The translations under genes were made by a program, and so were the position numbers. The notes under the pieces were generated by a model. It worked only from the letters and a program-made list of their open reading frames with translations, did no database searches and was not told the origin of the DNA. This document shows, one piece after another, positions 47,624-58,084 of a stretch of 64,000 nucleotides of DNA. The DNA lies in NCBI GenBank assembly GCA_964291675.2, contig OZ219865.1, positions 64,001 to 128,000 of the forward strand, given 5' to 3'. The stretch is from Alphaproteobacteria bacterium. Its GTDB lineage: Bacteria; Pseudomonadota; Alphaproteobacteria; MPNO01. Each line of letters starts with the position of its first letter. The stretch's first letter is position 1.

Positions 47624-48853
47624 TCAGGCGGCGTCGAGCGACGGCTCGCGGGTACGCCCGAACAGGGCGAACCAGACCATGATCAGGACCGCGAGCGCGA
47701 GCGCGGGCAGCGCGACCAGGTTGACCCAGCTCCAGCCGAAGAAATGGTACAGCGCGCCGGACGACAGCGAGCCGATGGCGACGAAAGTGTAGACGATGAA
47801 GTTGGACGCACCCTGCGCCCGGTTGCGCTCGGCCGGCGTATAGGCGCCGGCGAGCAGCGTGGTCCCCGCGGTGAAGGCGAAGTTCCAGCCGATCCCGAGC
47901 AGCAGCATCGACAGCCAGTAATCGAACACCGCCTCGCCGCTCAGGGCGACCGCGACGCAGACGAGCTGGAGCAGAAAGCCGGTGAAGATGATCGGGATCT
48001 CTCCCGCCTTCTTGATGAACCAGCCGGTGACGAAAGCGGGGGCGAACATGCCGAGGCTGTGCCACATGATGACGAAGGCGGCCTGCTCGAAATGGTGGTC
48101 CGAGTGCTTCATGGCGAGCGGGGCTGCGGTCATCAGCATCGCCATCACGCTGTGCGCGATCAGCACCGACACCGTGGCGGCGACGAAGATGGGCTGCACC
48201 GCGATGGCGCCGAGCTTGCGCTGCTTCTGCGCCGCCTGCGACGCGGTGAGCGGCGGGATGTTGAGGAACATCAGCACCAGCGCGCTCAACAGCGTGGCGG
48301 CGACGAGGAACAGATAGGAGCCGAGGAAGCTCGCCCCGGCGAACAGGTCGTGGCCGAGCTTGGCGAACTCGGCGCCCACCACCGAGGCGGCGACCCCGCC
48401 GGCCAGCACCAGCGATACCGCGGTGCCGCGGAATTCGCGCGACGCCGTATCCGTCGCGGCGAAGCGGTAGAGCTGGGCGAAGCCGGAGAAGAAGCCGAAC
48501 ACCAGATTGCCCACGGTGAAGGTCCAGAAATCGGCCTCCACGATGCCGATCATGCAGATGACGCCGCCGACGGCGCCGATCAGCGAGCCGACGACGAAGC
48601 CCGCCCGCCGCCCGATCCGGCGCATCAGCATCGAGGCCGGGTAGGAGGCAGCGGCGGTACCGACGATCACCAGCGCCGCCGGCAGCGTCGCCAGCCCCTT
48701 CTGCTCGGCGAAGCTGTAGGCGACCAGCGCGGCCGTCGCGACCAGCAGGGTGCGGCCGGCGCCGAACAGCGTCTGGCAGATCGCCAGCACCAGCACGTTG
48801 CGCCGCTCCTGGACGGTGAACACCGACCAGACGGCGGACAGGACCCTGTTCAT
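47624..48853 (-). CDS. MFS transporter
   Basis: MRRIGRRAGF, YRFAATD, H.LGMFAP, GIGWNF; 12 TM. Confidence 0.9.
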   Translation of the reverse strand: MNRVLSAVWSVFTVQERRNVLVLAICQTLFGAGRTLLVATAALVAYSFAEQKGLATLPAALVIVGTAAASYPASMLMRRIGRRAGFVVGSLIGAVGGVICMIGIVEADFWTFTVGNLVFGFFSGFAQLYRFAATDTASREFRGTAVSLVLAGGVAASVVGAEFAKLGHDLFAGASFLGSYLFLVAATLLSALVLMFLNIPPLTASQAAQKQRKLGAIAVQPIFVAATVSVLIAHSVMAMLMTAAPLAMKHSDHHFEQAAFVIMWHSLGMFAPAFVTGWFIKKAGEIPIIFTGFLLQLVCVAVALSGEAVFDYWLSMLLLGIGWNFAFTAGTTLLAGAYTPAERNRAQGASNFIVYTFVAIGSLSSGALYHFFGWSWVNLVALPALALAVLIMVWFALFGRTREPSLDAA

Positions 48854-48960
48854 GCCGATGGATTGCTCCCGCGCGGACGCATCGCGTCCCGGTAGGTATG
48901 ATGACGCCCCATTCTAGCCGCCCGCGCGCGGCCGAATCCAACCGGAGACCGACTCGCCAA

Positions 48961-50361
48961 ATGTCCAGCACCGCCGACAGGCTGATTACGAACATCGACT
49001 GGCTGATCACCGTCGACGAACGCCGCCGCATCGTCCGCGACGCGGCGATCGCCATCGTGGGCGGGAAGATCGCGGCGGTCGGCAAGACGGCGGCGGTCGA
49101 GGCGGCGTGGCGGTCGGACGCGGTGACCGACGCGCGCGGCATGGTGGGAACGCCGGGCTTCGTCGACAACCACCTCCATTCCTCGTTCCAGATGGCGCGC
49201 GGGCTCGCCGACGAGGCCAACGCCCAGTCCTTCCTGTTCGACCACATGTACCCCTATGAGGGCGCGATGGAGCGCGACGACGTGCTGGTGAGCGCGTCGC
49301 TGACCGCGATGGAGATGCTGCGCCACGGCGTGACCTGCTTCGTCGATCCCGGCAACTACCACCCCGACGCGACCGTCGAGGCGGTGGGCAGGGCGGGGAT
49401 GCGGATGGTGATCGCGCGGTCGTCCTTCGACCGCACCAAATCGGTGATGGGCATCCTGCCGGAGGCGATGATCGAGACCACCGGGGACTGTATCGACCGC
49501 ACGGCGGCGCTGATGGAGCGCTTCGCCGGCGCGCATGACGGCAGGGTCTCGGTGAGCGCGTCGTTCCGCGGGCTCAACAACGCCTCCGACGCGCTCATCA
49601 CGGGTCTCAAGGCGCTGGCCGACCGGCACGGCGCGCTGCTGCAGACCCACGCCTGCTTCTCGTACTCGACCCATGACGGCTGCCTCGCCGCCTTCGGCGC
49701 GCCGGAGATCGAGCGGCTGGAATCGCTCGGCGTGCTGGACGAGCGCATGCTGCTGGTCCATTCGGGCTGGCTGGAGCCGCACGAGGTCGAGATCGTCGCC
49801 CGGCGCGGCCCGACCCTGGTCGCCGCACCGTCGTCCAGCATGCACAACGGCTACGGCAACTTCGTCATGGGCAAGCTGCCCGAGCTCGCCGCGCTCGGCG
49901 TCAACGTCGCCATCGGCTCGGACCACGCGTGCTCCGGCATCACCGACATGGCGCAGGAGATGCTGCTGCTCGCCGGCGGCTACAAGGAGGCCCGGATCAA
50001 CCCGCGCGTGCTGCCGCCCGAGCAGGTGGTCGAGATGGCGACCATCAACGGCGCGCGCGGTGCCGGGCTCGCCGAGAGCATCGGCAGCATCGAGATCGGC
50101 AAGGAGGCCGATATCGTGCTCTTCGACACGAGCTTTCCGGAATGGCAGCCGCTCTACAATCCGGTCTCCAACCTGGTCTATGCCGCGACCGGCAATTCGG
50201 TGAGCGAGGTCTTCGTCGGCGGCGCCCATCTGGTGGCGGGAGGCCGCTGCACGACGATCGACGAGGCGGCGGTGCTGGCCGAGGTCGCCGCGACCGCCGA
50301 GCGGATCGCCGGGCGCCTCGACATGGAGCGCATCGTCAAGCTGGCCTGGCCGGTGGAGTAG
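48961..50361 (+). CDS. Amidohydrolase (MtaD/AtzA-TrzA-like deaminase family)
   Basis: PGFVDNHLH, QTHA, GSD, GSIEIGKEADIV; start MSSTAD. Confidence 0.9.
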   Translation: MSSTADRLITNIDWLITVDERRRIVRDAAIAIVGGKIAAVGKTAAVEAAWRSDAVTDARGMVGTPGFVDNHLHSSFQMARGLADEANAQSFLFDHMYPYEGAMERDDVLVSASLTAMEMLRHGVTCFVDPGNYHPDATVEAVGRAGMRMVIARSSFDRTKSVMGILPEAMIETTGDCIDRTAALMERFAGAHDGRVSVSASFRGLNNASDALITGLKALADRHGALLQTHACFSYSTHDGCLAAFGAPEIERLESLGVLDERMLLVHSGWLEPHEVEIVARRGPTLVAAPSSSMHNGYGNFVMGKLPELAALGVNVAIGSDHACSGITDMAQEMLLLAGGYKEARINPRVLPPEQVVEMATINGARGAGLAESIGSIEIGKEADIVLFDTSFPEWQPLYNPVSNLVYAATGNSVSEVFVGGAHLVAGGRCTTIDEAAVLAEVAATAERIAGRLDMERIVKLAWPVE

Positions 50362-50421
50362 CGCCCGGCACGACTAGCGCCTATGCTCGCGCGAACGTTA
50401 CCCCCAGCCGGACGGGCCGCA

Positions 50422-51267
50422 ATGAGCACCATTCTGGAACGCCCCATCGAAACCGCCGCGCCCGATTTCGTCGAGGCGGAGGTGAGGTACGTCGTCGACG
50501 ACGGAGCCCCGCCCTATCGCTACATCGACTGGCCCGAGATGCAGGACCGGGACCGTCCCCCGAGCTACGAGCCCAGGCGGGTGACGATCCGCAACGGCCG
50601 CAGCTCCGGCGAGACGTTCGCGCTGGCGACGCACGGCTTCACCCTGGTCGAGCATCCCACCGCGATGCAGGACTTTTGTGACGAGGAGGAGATCCTCCGC
50701 GTCTACTACCCGGAGACCGAGGCGCTGATAAAGGCCCAATCGGGCGCCCGGCGGGTCATCGTCTTCGACCACACGGTACGCACCGCCGACAAGTCCAGGC
50801 TCGCCGAGCGCTGGGTGCGCGAGACCGTGCACGCGGTGCACAACGACTACACCGAGCGTTCGGCGCCGCAGCGGGTGCGCGACTTCCTGCCCGCGGACGA
50901 GGCGGAGCGGGCGCTCGAAGGCCGCTACGGCATCGTCCAGACCTGGCGCTCCATCGCGCCCCGCGTCGAGTCCGAGCCGCTCGCCATGTGCGACGGCAAG
51001 TCGATCCCCGAAATGGGGTTCATCCCCTACCAGCGGCGCTACCGGGACCGCACGGCCGAGACCTATCACCTTGCCTTCAGCCCAAAACACCGCTTCTACT
51101 ACTTCCCGCTGATGACGCGGGACGAGGCGATGGTCTTCAAGGTGTTCGACACCGACGCCTCCGCCGGGGTCCGCTTCACCGCCCACACCGCGTTCGACGA
51201 CCCGACGACGCCGCCCGACGCGAAGGGCCGCGAGAGCATCGAGATGCGGGCGCTCGCCTTCTACTAG
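50422..51267 (+). CDS. CmcJ/NvfI family oxidoreductase (putative Fe/2OG oxygenase)
   Basis: HGFTLV, YYPE, FDHTVR, VHNDYT, PLAMCD, HTAFDDP, RESIEMR. Confidence 0.85.
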   Translation: MSTILERPIETAAPDFVEAEVRYVVDDGAPPYRYIDWPEMQDRDRPPSYEPRRVTIRNGRSSGETFALATHGFTLVEHPTAMQDFCDEEEILRVYYPETEALIKAQSGARRVIVFDHTVRTADKSRLAERWVRETVHAVHNDYTERSAPQRVRDFLPADEAERALEGRYGIVQTWRSIAPRVESEPLAMCDGKSIPEMGFIPYQRRYRDRTAETYHLAFSPKHRFYYFPLMTRDEAMVFKVFDTDASAGVRFTAHTAFDDPTTPPDAKGRESIEMRALAFY

Positions 51268-51334
51268 GCTTGCCGCCGGCCCCATATCGGCCTAGCTTCG
51301 ACGACGCCACCGGTCGCCAACGGGGAGCGAGAGA

Positions 51335-52291
51335 ATGCCGCGCTTCAAGGACTTCGAGCCCACCGGGGTGATCCCGGCGACGCTGCTCGCCTTCAACGAC
51401 GATTTCAGCATCGACGAGCACTCGACGCGCCGGCATCTGCGCGACGTCTGCTCGGTCGAGGGCATCTCCGCCGTCGCGGTCAACGCGCACGCCTCCGAGG
51501 TGCACGCCTGCAGCTTCGACGAGCAGGTTCGCATCCTCGACCTCGCCATGGAGGAGGTCGGCGACCGGCTGCCGGTGATCAACGGCGTCTATGCCGACGG
51601 CAGCATCGAGGCGGCGCGTATCGCGCGCATGGCGGAGACCGGCGGCGCCTCGGCGCTCCTGGTCCTGCCGCCCCATTCGATCGGCCTGTTCGGCGGGCAG
51701 AAGCGTCCCGAGAGCGCGATCGCCCATTTCAGCATGATCGCCGATGCCACCGACCTGCCGATCGTGGTGTTCCAGTATCCCGGCGCCTATGCCTACCCGC
51801 TGGACACGCTGCTGCGCATGGCGGATGCGGTGCCGACGATCCGCGCGATCAAGGACTGGTCGCCGCCGATGGAGCACGAGCGCCATATCCGCGTCCTCCA
51901 GTCGCTGCCGAGGCCGGTGCACGTGCTGAGCACCAACAGCGCCTGGCTGATGTCCTCGCTCGCCATGGGCTGCCACGGGCTGCTGTCCGGCGCGGGCAGC
52001 GTCATCGCCGACCTCCAGGTCGCCCTGTTCCGGGCGGTCGAGGCGGGCGATCTGGTGCGCGCGAGAGAGATCAACGACCGCATCTACCCGGCCGCCGCCT
52101 GCTTCTACACCGAGCCCTTCGGCGACATGCACAACCGCATGAAGGAAGCCCTCGTGCATCTCGGCCGGCTGCCCCGCGCGGTGGTCCGCCCGCCGCTGGT
52201 CAAGCCGGAGCCGGACGAGATCGCCCGCATCGGCCGGGCGATGGCCGAGGCCGGGATCGAACGGGAAGGCGCGGTCCTCGAAGCCGCCTGA
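51335..52291 (+). CDS. DHDPS/NAL family class I aldolase
   Basis: GVIPATL, NAHASE, VFQYP, AIKDW, VRPPL. Confidence 0.88.
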   Translation: MPRFKDFEPTGVIPATLLAFNDDFSIDEHSTRRHLRDVCSVEGISAVAVNAHASEVHACSFDEQVRILDLAMEEVGDRLPVINGVYADGSIEAARIARMAETGGASALLVLPPHSIGLFGGQKRPESAIAHFSMIADATDLPIVVFQYPGAYAYPLDTLLRMADAVPTIRAIKDWSPPMEHERHIRVLQSLPRPVHVLSTNSAWLMSSLAMGCHGLLSGAGSVIADLQVALFRAVEAGDLVRAREINDRIYPAAACFYTEPFGDMHNRMKEALVHLGRLPRAVVRPPLVKPEPDEIARIGRAMAEAGIEREGAVLEAA

Positions 52292-52350
52292 CCGGCCGGG
52301 AGGGCGAAGCGCGGGATCGGGCGCGGGCGACCCCCTCGCACTCTCCGCAC

Positions 52351-52393
52351 GTCATGCCTGGCCCCCGGACTCGATCCGGGGGCCGGCCATGAC
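52351..52393. repeat. REP-like palindrome / bidirectional terminator between convergent genes
   Basis: GTCATGCCTGGCCCCCGGA-CTCGA-TCCGGGGGCCGGCCATGAC. Confidence 0.7.
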
Positions 52394-52425
52394 GGAGGGG
52401 GAACCCGCCCCAGGGGCCGCGCGCC

Positions 52426-54147
52426 TCAGGCCAAAGCCTCGGCGAGCAGCCTGCGGACGTGGGCGTTGACCTCGCGGCTGCGGTGGCGCTGGACCTTGCC
52501 GGTCGGGTGCAGCGGCTCGTCGAAGAAGAACTCCGGCAGCTCGTCGTCCTCCTCGGTGAAGCCGGCCTGGCGGTTGAACTCCCACTCGTCGCGCAGGGTC
52601 TCGTGGCCGAGCCGGCGGTAGAACGATTCGTCGAGCTCGGTGCCGTGCGCGTCGTTGAGCGCGGCGATCATGAAGTCGATGTTCTCGTTGGTCACCGTGC
52701 GGCCGAACACGCAGAGCCCGAGCGAATCGGCGGTCGCGCAGAGCGTCTGTACGTCGAAGCTCGCCTCGGTCAGCTCCTCGGTGGTCTTGCCGTCGCAGAC
52801 GAAGGCCGGGATGTTGCCCGTCGTGTGGTCGGCCCCCTGGGCGGTGACCATCATCGAGATGCCGGTGACCTCGATCACGCGGGGGTCGTAGGCGCTGATG
52901 CCCTGGCTCTTGATCACCGGCACGCGGGCCACCTCGTAGTGCTCGCCCACCCGGCGGGTTCCCTGGGCGAAGATCTTTCCCCGCTCGGTGCCGTCGCGGA
53001 TGTCCTGGAGCACGTCGGCCATGAAGCCGGGGTCGCCGAACGCGCCGAGCCCGGCCTCCATCAGGACGCCGATGGTGGCGCCGATCTCGATCGAATCCAC
53101 GCCGAGGTCGTTGGCGACGTGGTTGAGCCGGGCGACGTCGTCGGGGTCCTCCAGCCCGCAATTGGTGCCCATCAGCCCGAGGGTCTCGTATTCCAGCGGC
53201 GAGACGATCTCCTCGCCCTCGGGACCGGCATAGATGTTGGAGCAGCGGATCATGCAGCCCGGCATGCAGGCATGGGTCGGCTCGCCGCCGCGCGCGATGT
53301 TGCGCTCGCGGATGTGCTCGCCGCCGAGCCTGAAGGTCTCCTTCTCCTTGTCGACCTGCTGGCCGGAGGAGAAGTTGCGCGTCGGCAGCCCGCCGATCGT
53401 GTTGGTGAAGTCGCCCACCATGGCGGTGCCGAGATTGCGCAGATTGTTGATCGCCGCATCCGCGTCCAGCATCTTGTTGTAGTTGCGCACCGAGCCCATC
53501 AGCTTCTTGCGGTCGTGGAAGGTGGGCATCCGGTCGCGGTCGCAGATTATCGCCTTGACCTTCTTGCTGCCCATCACCGCGCCGACCCCGCCGCGGGCGG
53601 CGATGCGCACCGGGCGCCCCTCGGGGTCGGTGAACGAGATGCCGGCGATCAGCCCCATGTATTCGCCCACCGGGCCGCACAGCCCGAGGCTCACCTTGTC
53701 GCCGTATTTCTCGTGCAGGAGCCTCGCCGCCTCGATATTGCCCTTGCCCATATAGGGGCCGGCGTCCTCGAAGGTGATCCCGCCGTCCTTGCGGATGTAG
53801 ATCACCGTCCAGTCGGCGGAGGCGCCGTAGAGGTTGAAGCCCGCGATCTCGAGCTGGCCCAGCGCGAAGGCGAAGGTGCCGCCGGAGTTGGCTTCCTTGA
53901 CGCCGCCGGTGAGCGGGCTCTTGCAGCCGATCGAGAGCCGGTTGGCGTTCGAGAAGTTGGAGCCCGCGAAGGGGCCGGCCGAGAAGATCAGCGGGTTTTC
54001 CGGCGACAGCGGGTCCACCTTGGCCGCGCCTTTCTCCAGCAGAGTCCTGGCGATCAGGTGGCGGCCGGCGCGGACGATCGCCTCGCCGTGCAGCTCCTCG
54101 GTCTCGATCGACCGGTCGTCGAGATTGATGTGCAGGTATTTTCTCAT
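52426..54147 (-). CDS. Aldehyde:ferredoxin oxidoreductase (W/Mo-bis-pterin WOR family)
   Basis: KSPLTGGVKEANSGG, RGGVGAVMGSKKVKAI, CMPGCMIRC, EYET, DSLGLC; start MRKYLH. Confidence 0.92.
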   Translation of the reverse strand: MRKYLHINLDDRSIETEELHGEAIVRAGRHLIARTLLEKGAAKVDPLSPENPLIFSAGPFAGSNFSNANRLSIGCKSPLTGGVKEANSGGTFAFALGQLEIAGFNLYGASADWTVIYIRKDGGITFEDAGPYMGKGNIEAARLLHEKYGDKVSLGLCGPVGEYMGLIAGISFTDPEGRPVRIAARGGVGAVMGSKKVKAIICDRDRMPTFHDRKKLMGSVRNYNKMLDADAAINNLRNLGTAMVGDFTNTIGGLPTRNFSSGQQVDKEKETFRLGGEHIRERNIARGGEPTHACMPGCMIRCSNIYAGPEGEEIVSPLEYETLGLMGTNCGLEDPDDVARLNHVANDLGVDSIEIGATIGVLMEAGLGAFGDPGFMADVLQDIRDGTERGKIFAQGTRRVGEHYEVARVPVIKSQGISAYDPRVIEVTGISMMVTAQGADHTTGNIPAFVCDGKTTEELTEASFDVQTLCATADSLGLCVFGRTVTNENIDFMIAALNDAHGTELDESFYRRLGHETLRDEWEFNRQAGFTEEDDELPEFFFDEPLHPTGKVQRHRSREVNAHVRRLLAEALA

Positions 54148-54164
54148 TCCGTCCGCATCCCGGG

Positions 54165-55805
54165 TTACTCGCGCGTTGCCGCCATATTGCGGGATTTTGC
54201 CCCTCCGGTGCCAGCGCTTTCGCCGCCCGCCGCGTTTGCCCCGGCGCGTTCCCGCCACAGATCCTTGAGCGCGTCGCGCCGGATCTTGCCGCGATCCGAC
54301 TTCGGCAGGGCGTCGATCACGAAGACCGATTTCGGCAGCTTGAACGCCGGCAGATGCGGCGCGCAGCCGGCGATCACGTCCTCCGGCTCGATCGTCGCGC
54401 CGGCGCGGGCGACGACGAAGGCCGCGACCTCCTCGCCGTAGATCGGGTCGGGCACGCCGACCGCGGCGGCCTCCTCGATCCCGGGCAGGCGCATCAGCGC
54501 GGCGTCGATCTCCAGCGGCGCGATATTGACCCCGCCGCGGATGATCAAGTCCTTGACCCGCCCGGTGACGGTGACGAAGCCGTCCGCGTCGGCGACCCCG
54601 ATATCGCCGGTGCGGAACCACTCGGCGAGCCGGGTCGGGCGCATGTCGCGATACTCGCCCGACGGCGCGATCGCGGCCACCGCGGTCTGCGGGCCGCGGA
54701 TCGCGATCTCGCCCTCGACGCCGGGCGGGCAGGGCGCGCCCTCCGCATCGAGGATGGCGAACCCGATATGCCGCGCCGGCCGCCCGACCGTGCCGAGCTT
54801 GCGCCGGTCATGGCGGTTGCCGCACAGCCAGCCGCCTTCCGAGGCGCCGTAGAACTGCAACAGGGTGATTCCGTAAAGCGCCTCGAAGCGCCGCCAGCGG
54901 TCGGGCGAAAGCGGCGCCGAGCTCGACGTCATCAGGCGCAGCGAGGCGATCTTGGCGGGCTCGATCTCGACCGGCCGGTTGAGCAGCATGTTGACGACCG
55001 TTGGCACGCCGATGGCGACGGTGATGCGATGATCCTCGATCCAGTCGAAGAAGCGCCGCCGGGAGAACCGCCGCGCCATGTGGAGCGTGAGCCCGGTCTG
55101 CAGGAACGGCATCAGCGCCAGGATCTGCGGCGAGAGCCAGCTGAAGGTGCGGTATTCGAGCAGGCGGTCGTCCCCGGTCATGCCGGTGAAGTCGAGGCTG
55201 GAGAGCCCGCAGAGCCAGAGCCCGAGATGGTCCCATTCGACGCATTTGGGCCGGTCGGTGGTGCCCGAGGTGGAGAAGATGCAGGCCGTCTCGCCCGCCC
55301 GGTTGGCGCCGGCCGGCGCCGCGCCCGCCTCCAGCGCGGCGGCCGATGCGAAGACTTCGCCCGGCCCCGAATCGCCCTCCGGCCAGGCGGCAAACCGCGC
55401 CTCGGCGCAGCCCAGCCCGGACAGGATCCGCTCGCCGTCGAGCCCGCCCTGCCAGAGCACCAGAGCCGGGTCGATATGGGCGATCATGGCGCGGAGATGG
55501 GGGATGCCTGTCTCGACGTGGAACGGGCAGGCGATCGCGCCGACGCGCCAGACCGCGAGGAACAAGAGCAGCTTCTCGATCCGCTCGTCGGACAGCACCA
55601 CCAGCCGGTCGCCGCGCCCGACGCCGCGCGAGGCGAGCCAGGCGGCGATACGCTCGACCGCCGCGCGCAAGCCCGCGAAATCGACCTCCTTGCCGCCGTC
55701 GAGGTCGACGATCGCGGGTTTCCGCGGATTCGCCGCCGCGTGCCGCGCGAGAATCTCGGCGACGCTCCGGAACGGAATGGCGAGGTCGGGCGCGGGATCG
55801 TGCAT
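54165..55805 (-). CDS. AMP-dependent acyl-CoA synthetase/ligase
   Basis: STSGTTDRPK, YGASE, WFRTGD, GRVKDLIIRGG, PKSDRGK. Confidence 0.92.
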   Translation of the reverse strand: MHDPAPDLAIPFRSVAEILARHAAANPRKPAIVDLDGGKEVDFAGLRAAVERIAAWLASRGVGRGDRLVVLSDERIEKLLLFLAVWRVGAIACPFHVETGIPHLRAMIAHIDPALVLWQGGLDGERILSGLGCAEARFAAWPEGDSGPGEVFASAAALEAGAAPAGANRAGETACIFSTSGTTDRPKCVEWDHLGLWLCGLSSLDFTGMTGDDRLLEYRTFSWLSPQILALMPFLQTGLTLHMARRFSRRRFFDWIEDHRITVAIGVPTVVNMLLNRPVEIEPAKIASLRLMTSSSAPLSPDRWRRFEALYGITLLQFYGASEGGWLCGNRHDRRKLGTVGRPARHIGFAILDAEGAPCPPGVEGEIAIRGPQTAVAAIAPSGEYRDMRPTRLAEWFRTGDIGVADADGFVTVTGRVKDLIIRGGVNIAPLEIDAALMRLPGIEEAAAVGVPDPIYGEEVAAFVVARAGATIEPEDVIAGCAPHLPAFKLPKSVFVIDALPKSDRGKIRRDALKDLWRERAGANAAGGESAGTGGAKSRNMAATRE

Positions 55806-55849
55806 GGCGCGAAACTAGAGCCTGCGCTTCCCGGATGGAACCGCCGCAT

Positions 55850-55996
55850 CCCCCGATACGCGCCCTGCGGGCGCGGCTCGGGATGAGGGCCCTTCGATAC
55901 GGCCCCTGCGGGGCCTACTCAGGATGAGGACAAGACCCTTGCCCACACCTCCACCCCTCATCCTGAGTAGCCCGCCGCAGGCGGGCGTATCGAAGG
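55850..55996. repeat. Three-unit REP-like element cluster (BIME/REPIN-like)
   Basis: Unit CCTCATCCTGAGTAG-hairpin-GTATCGAAGG at 55956-55996 (+), 55891-55929 (-), and degenerate 55850-55888 (-). Confidence 0.85.
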
Positions 55997-56065
55997 AAGA
56001 CCGGGGGGAGGACCGGCGGCGGCCGCGGGGCGAATCGGGCGCGGTCCGCGCGCTCTCGCAGGCGG

Positions 56066-56093
56066 TTGACTGGAGCTTGCCAGGCCCTATAAT
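56066..56093 (+). promoter_or_regulatory. Sigma70 promoter of the alpha ribosomal operon
   Basis: TTGACT-N16-TATAAT upstream of rpsM. Confidence 0.75.
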
Positions 56094-56161
56094 CCAGCCC
56101 CCCGGATGGGACCGCCCATTTTCGGAACCCCGATGTTCATGCCGAAGCAGGAGACCGCGTC

Positions 56162-56524
<363 letters not shown>

Positions 56525-56552
56525 CCGCGACCGGCTTCGATCGGGAGACACG

Positions 56553-56945
56553 ATGGCTCGACAGTCCACCACGCGCGTGCGCCGCCGCGAGCGCAAGAAC
56601 ATCACCGCCGGCGTCGCGCATGTGAACGCGTCCTTCAACAACACCAAGATCACCATCACCGACGCCCAGGGCAACACGATTTCCTGGTCGTCGGCCGGTG
56701 CGCAGGGTTTCAAGGGTTCGCGCAAGTCGACCCCCTATGCCGCGCAGATCGCCGCCGAGGACGCCGGACGCAAGGCGATGGAGCACGGCATGAAGACGCT
56801 CGAGATCCAGGTCAAGGGGCCGGGCTCGGGGCGCGAATCGGCTTTGCGCGCGCTTCAGGCGGTCGGCTTCTCGATCACCTCGATCCGCGACGTCACGCCG
56901 ATCCCGCATAACGGCTGCCGTCCGCGCAAGCGCCGCAGGGTCTGA
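56553..56945 (+). CDS. rpsK: 30S ribosomal protein S11
   Basis: [32 protein letters not shown]. Confidence 0.99.
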   Translation: MARQSTTRVRRRERKNITAGVAHVNASFNNTKITITDAQGNTISWSSAGAQGFKGSRKSTPYAAQIAAEDAGRKAMEHGMKTLEIQVKGPGSGRESALRALQAVGFSITSIRDVTPIPHNGCRPRKRRRV

Positions 56946-57037
56946 GACCCGCGCCATCGCAGAGGCGCGGCCCGACCGCGCTTCGTCCGGCGGCCCCGGC
57001 GCCGCCGCAATTTTGAACGCCGCCAAGGATCGAAAAC

Positions 57038-58060
57038 ATGTCGATTGTTCAGAAAAACTGGCAAGAGTTGATCAAGCCCAGCAAGCTCGAGATCCTTCCC
57101 GGCAGCGATCCGTCCCGCTTCGCCCGCATCGTCGCCGAGCCGCTGGAACGGGGCTTCGGCGTCACCCTCGGCAACGCGCTCAGGCGGGTGCTGCTGTCCT
57201 CGCTGCAGGGCGCCGCCTGCACGGCGATCCAGATCGACGGGGTGCTGCACGAATTCTCCTCCATCCCCGGCGTGCGCGAGGACGTGACCGACATCGTGCT
57301 CAACGTGAAAAGCCTGGCGCTCCGCATGCACGGCGACGGGCCCAAGCGCATGTATCTGGAGGGCACGGGGCCGGGCGAGATCACCGCCGGCATGATCGTG
57401 GCCGGCCACGATATCGAGATCGTCGAGCCCGACATCGCGATCTGCACCCTCGACGACGGCGCCAAGCTGTCGATGGAGCTCACCGTCGATTCGGGCAAGG
57501 GCTATGTGCCCGCCGCCCAGAACCGCGCCGCCGACGCGCCGATCGGGCTGGTGCCGGTCGACGCCGTGTTCAGCCCGGTGCGCAAGGTCGCCTTCCAGGT
57601 CGAGAACACAAGGGTGGGCCAGATCACCGACTACGACAAGCTGTCGCTCGACATCGAGACCAACGGGGTGATCACCCCGGAGGACGCGCTGGCGCTCGCC
57701 GCGCGCATCCTGCAGGACCAGCTCCAGCTCTTCATCAATTTCGAGGAGCCCTCGATCCGGGCCGAGGAGGCGCTGCCCGCCGAGCCGTCGTTCAACAAGA
57801 ACCTGCTCCGCAAGGTCGACGAGCTGGAGCTCTCGGTGCGGTCCGCCAACTGCCTCAAGAACGACAACATCATCTATATCGGCGATTTGGTGCAGAAGAG
57901 CGAGCAGGAGATGCTGCGGACCCCGAATTTCGGGCGCAAGTCGCTGAACGAGATCAAGGAAGTGCTCGCCCAGATGGGACTCGAGCTCGGCATGGAGATC
58001 CTCGACTGGCCGCCCGAGAACATCGAGGATCTCGCCCGCCGCCTGGACGAGCCCTACTAG
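57038..58060 (+). CDS. rpoA: RNA polymerase alpha subunit
   Basis: [44 protein letters not shown]. Confidence 0.99.
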   Translation: MSIVQKNWQELIKPSKLEILPGSDPSRFARIVAEPLERGFGVTLGNALRRVLLSSLQGAACTAIQIDGVLHEFSSIPGVREDVTDIVLNVKSLALRMHGDGPKRMYLEGTGPGEITAGMIVAGHDIEIVEPDIAICTLDDGAKLSMELTVDSGKGYVPAAQNRAADAPIGLVPVDAVFSPVRKVAFQVENTRVGQITDYDKLSLDIETNGVITPEDALALAARILQDQLQLFINFEEPSIRAEEALPAEPSFNKNLLRKVDELELSVRSANCLKNDNIIYIGDLVQKSEQEMLRTPNFGRKSLNEIKEVLAQMGLELGMEILDWPPENIEDLARRLDEPY

Positions 58061-58084
58061 GCGGCGGCAGCGGGGAGACGGGCC

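Noticed and set aside
55850-55996. Possible mini CRISPR array
   Set aside because: Units are in mixed orientation, have no regular unique spacers, and no cas genes are nearby; REP-like instead
56945-57038. Absence of rpsD between rpsK and rpoA
   Set aside because: Normal for Alphaproteobacteria
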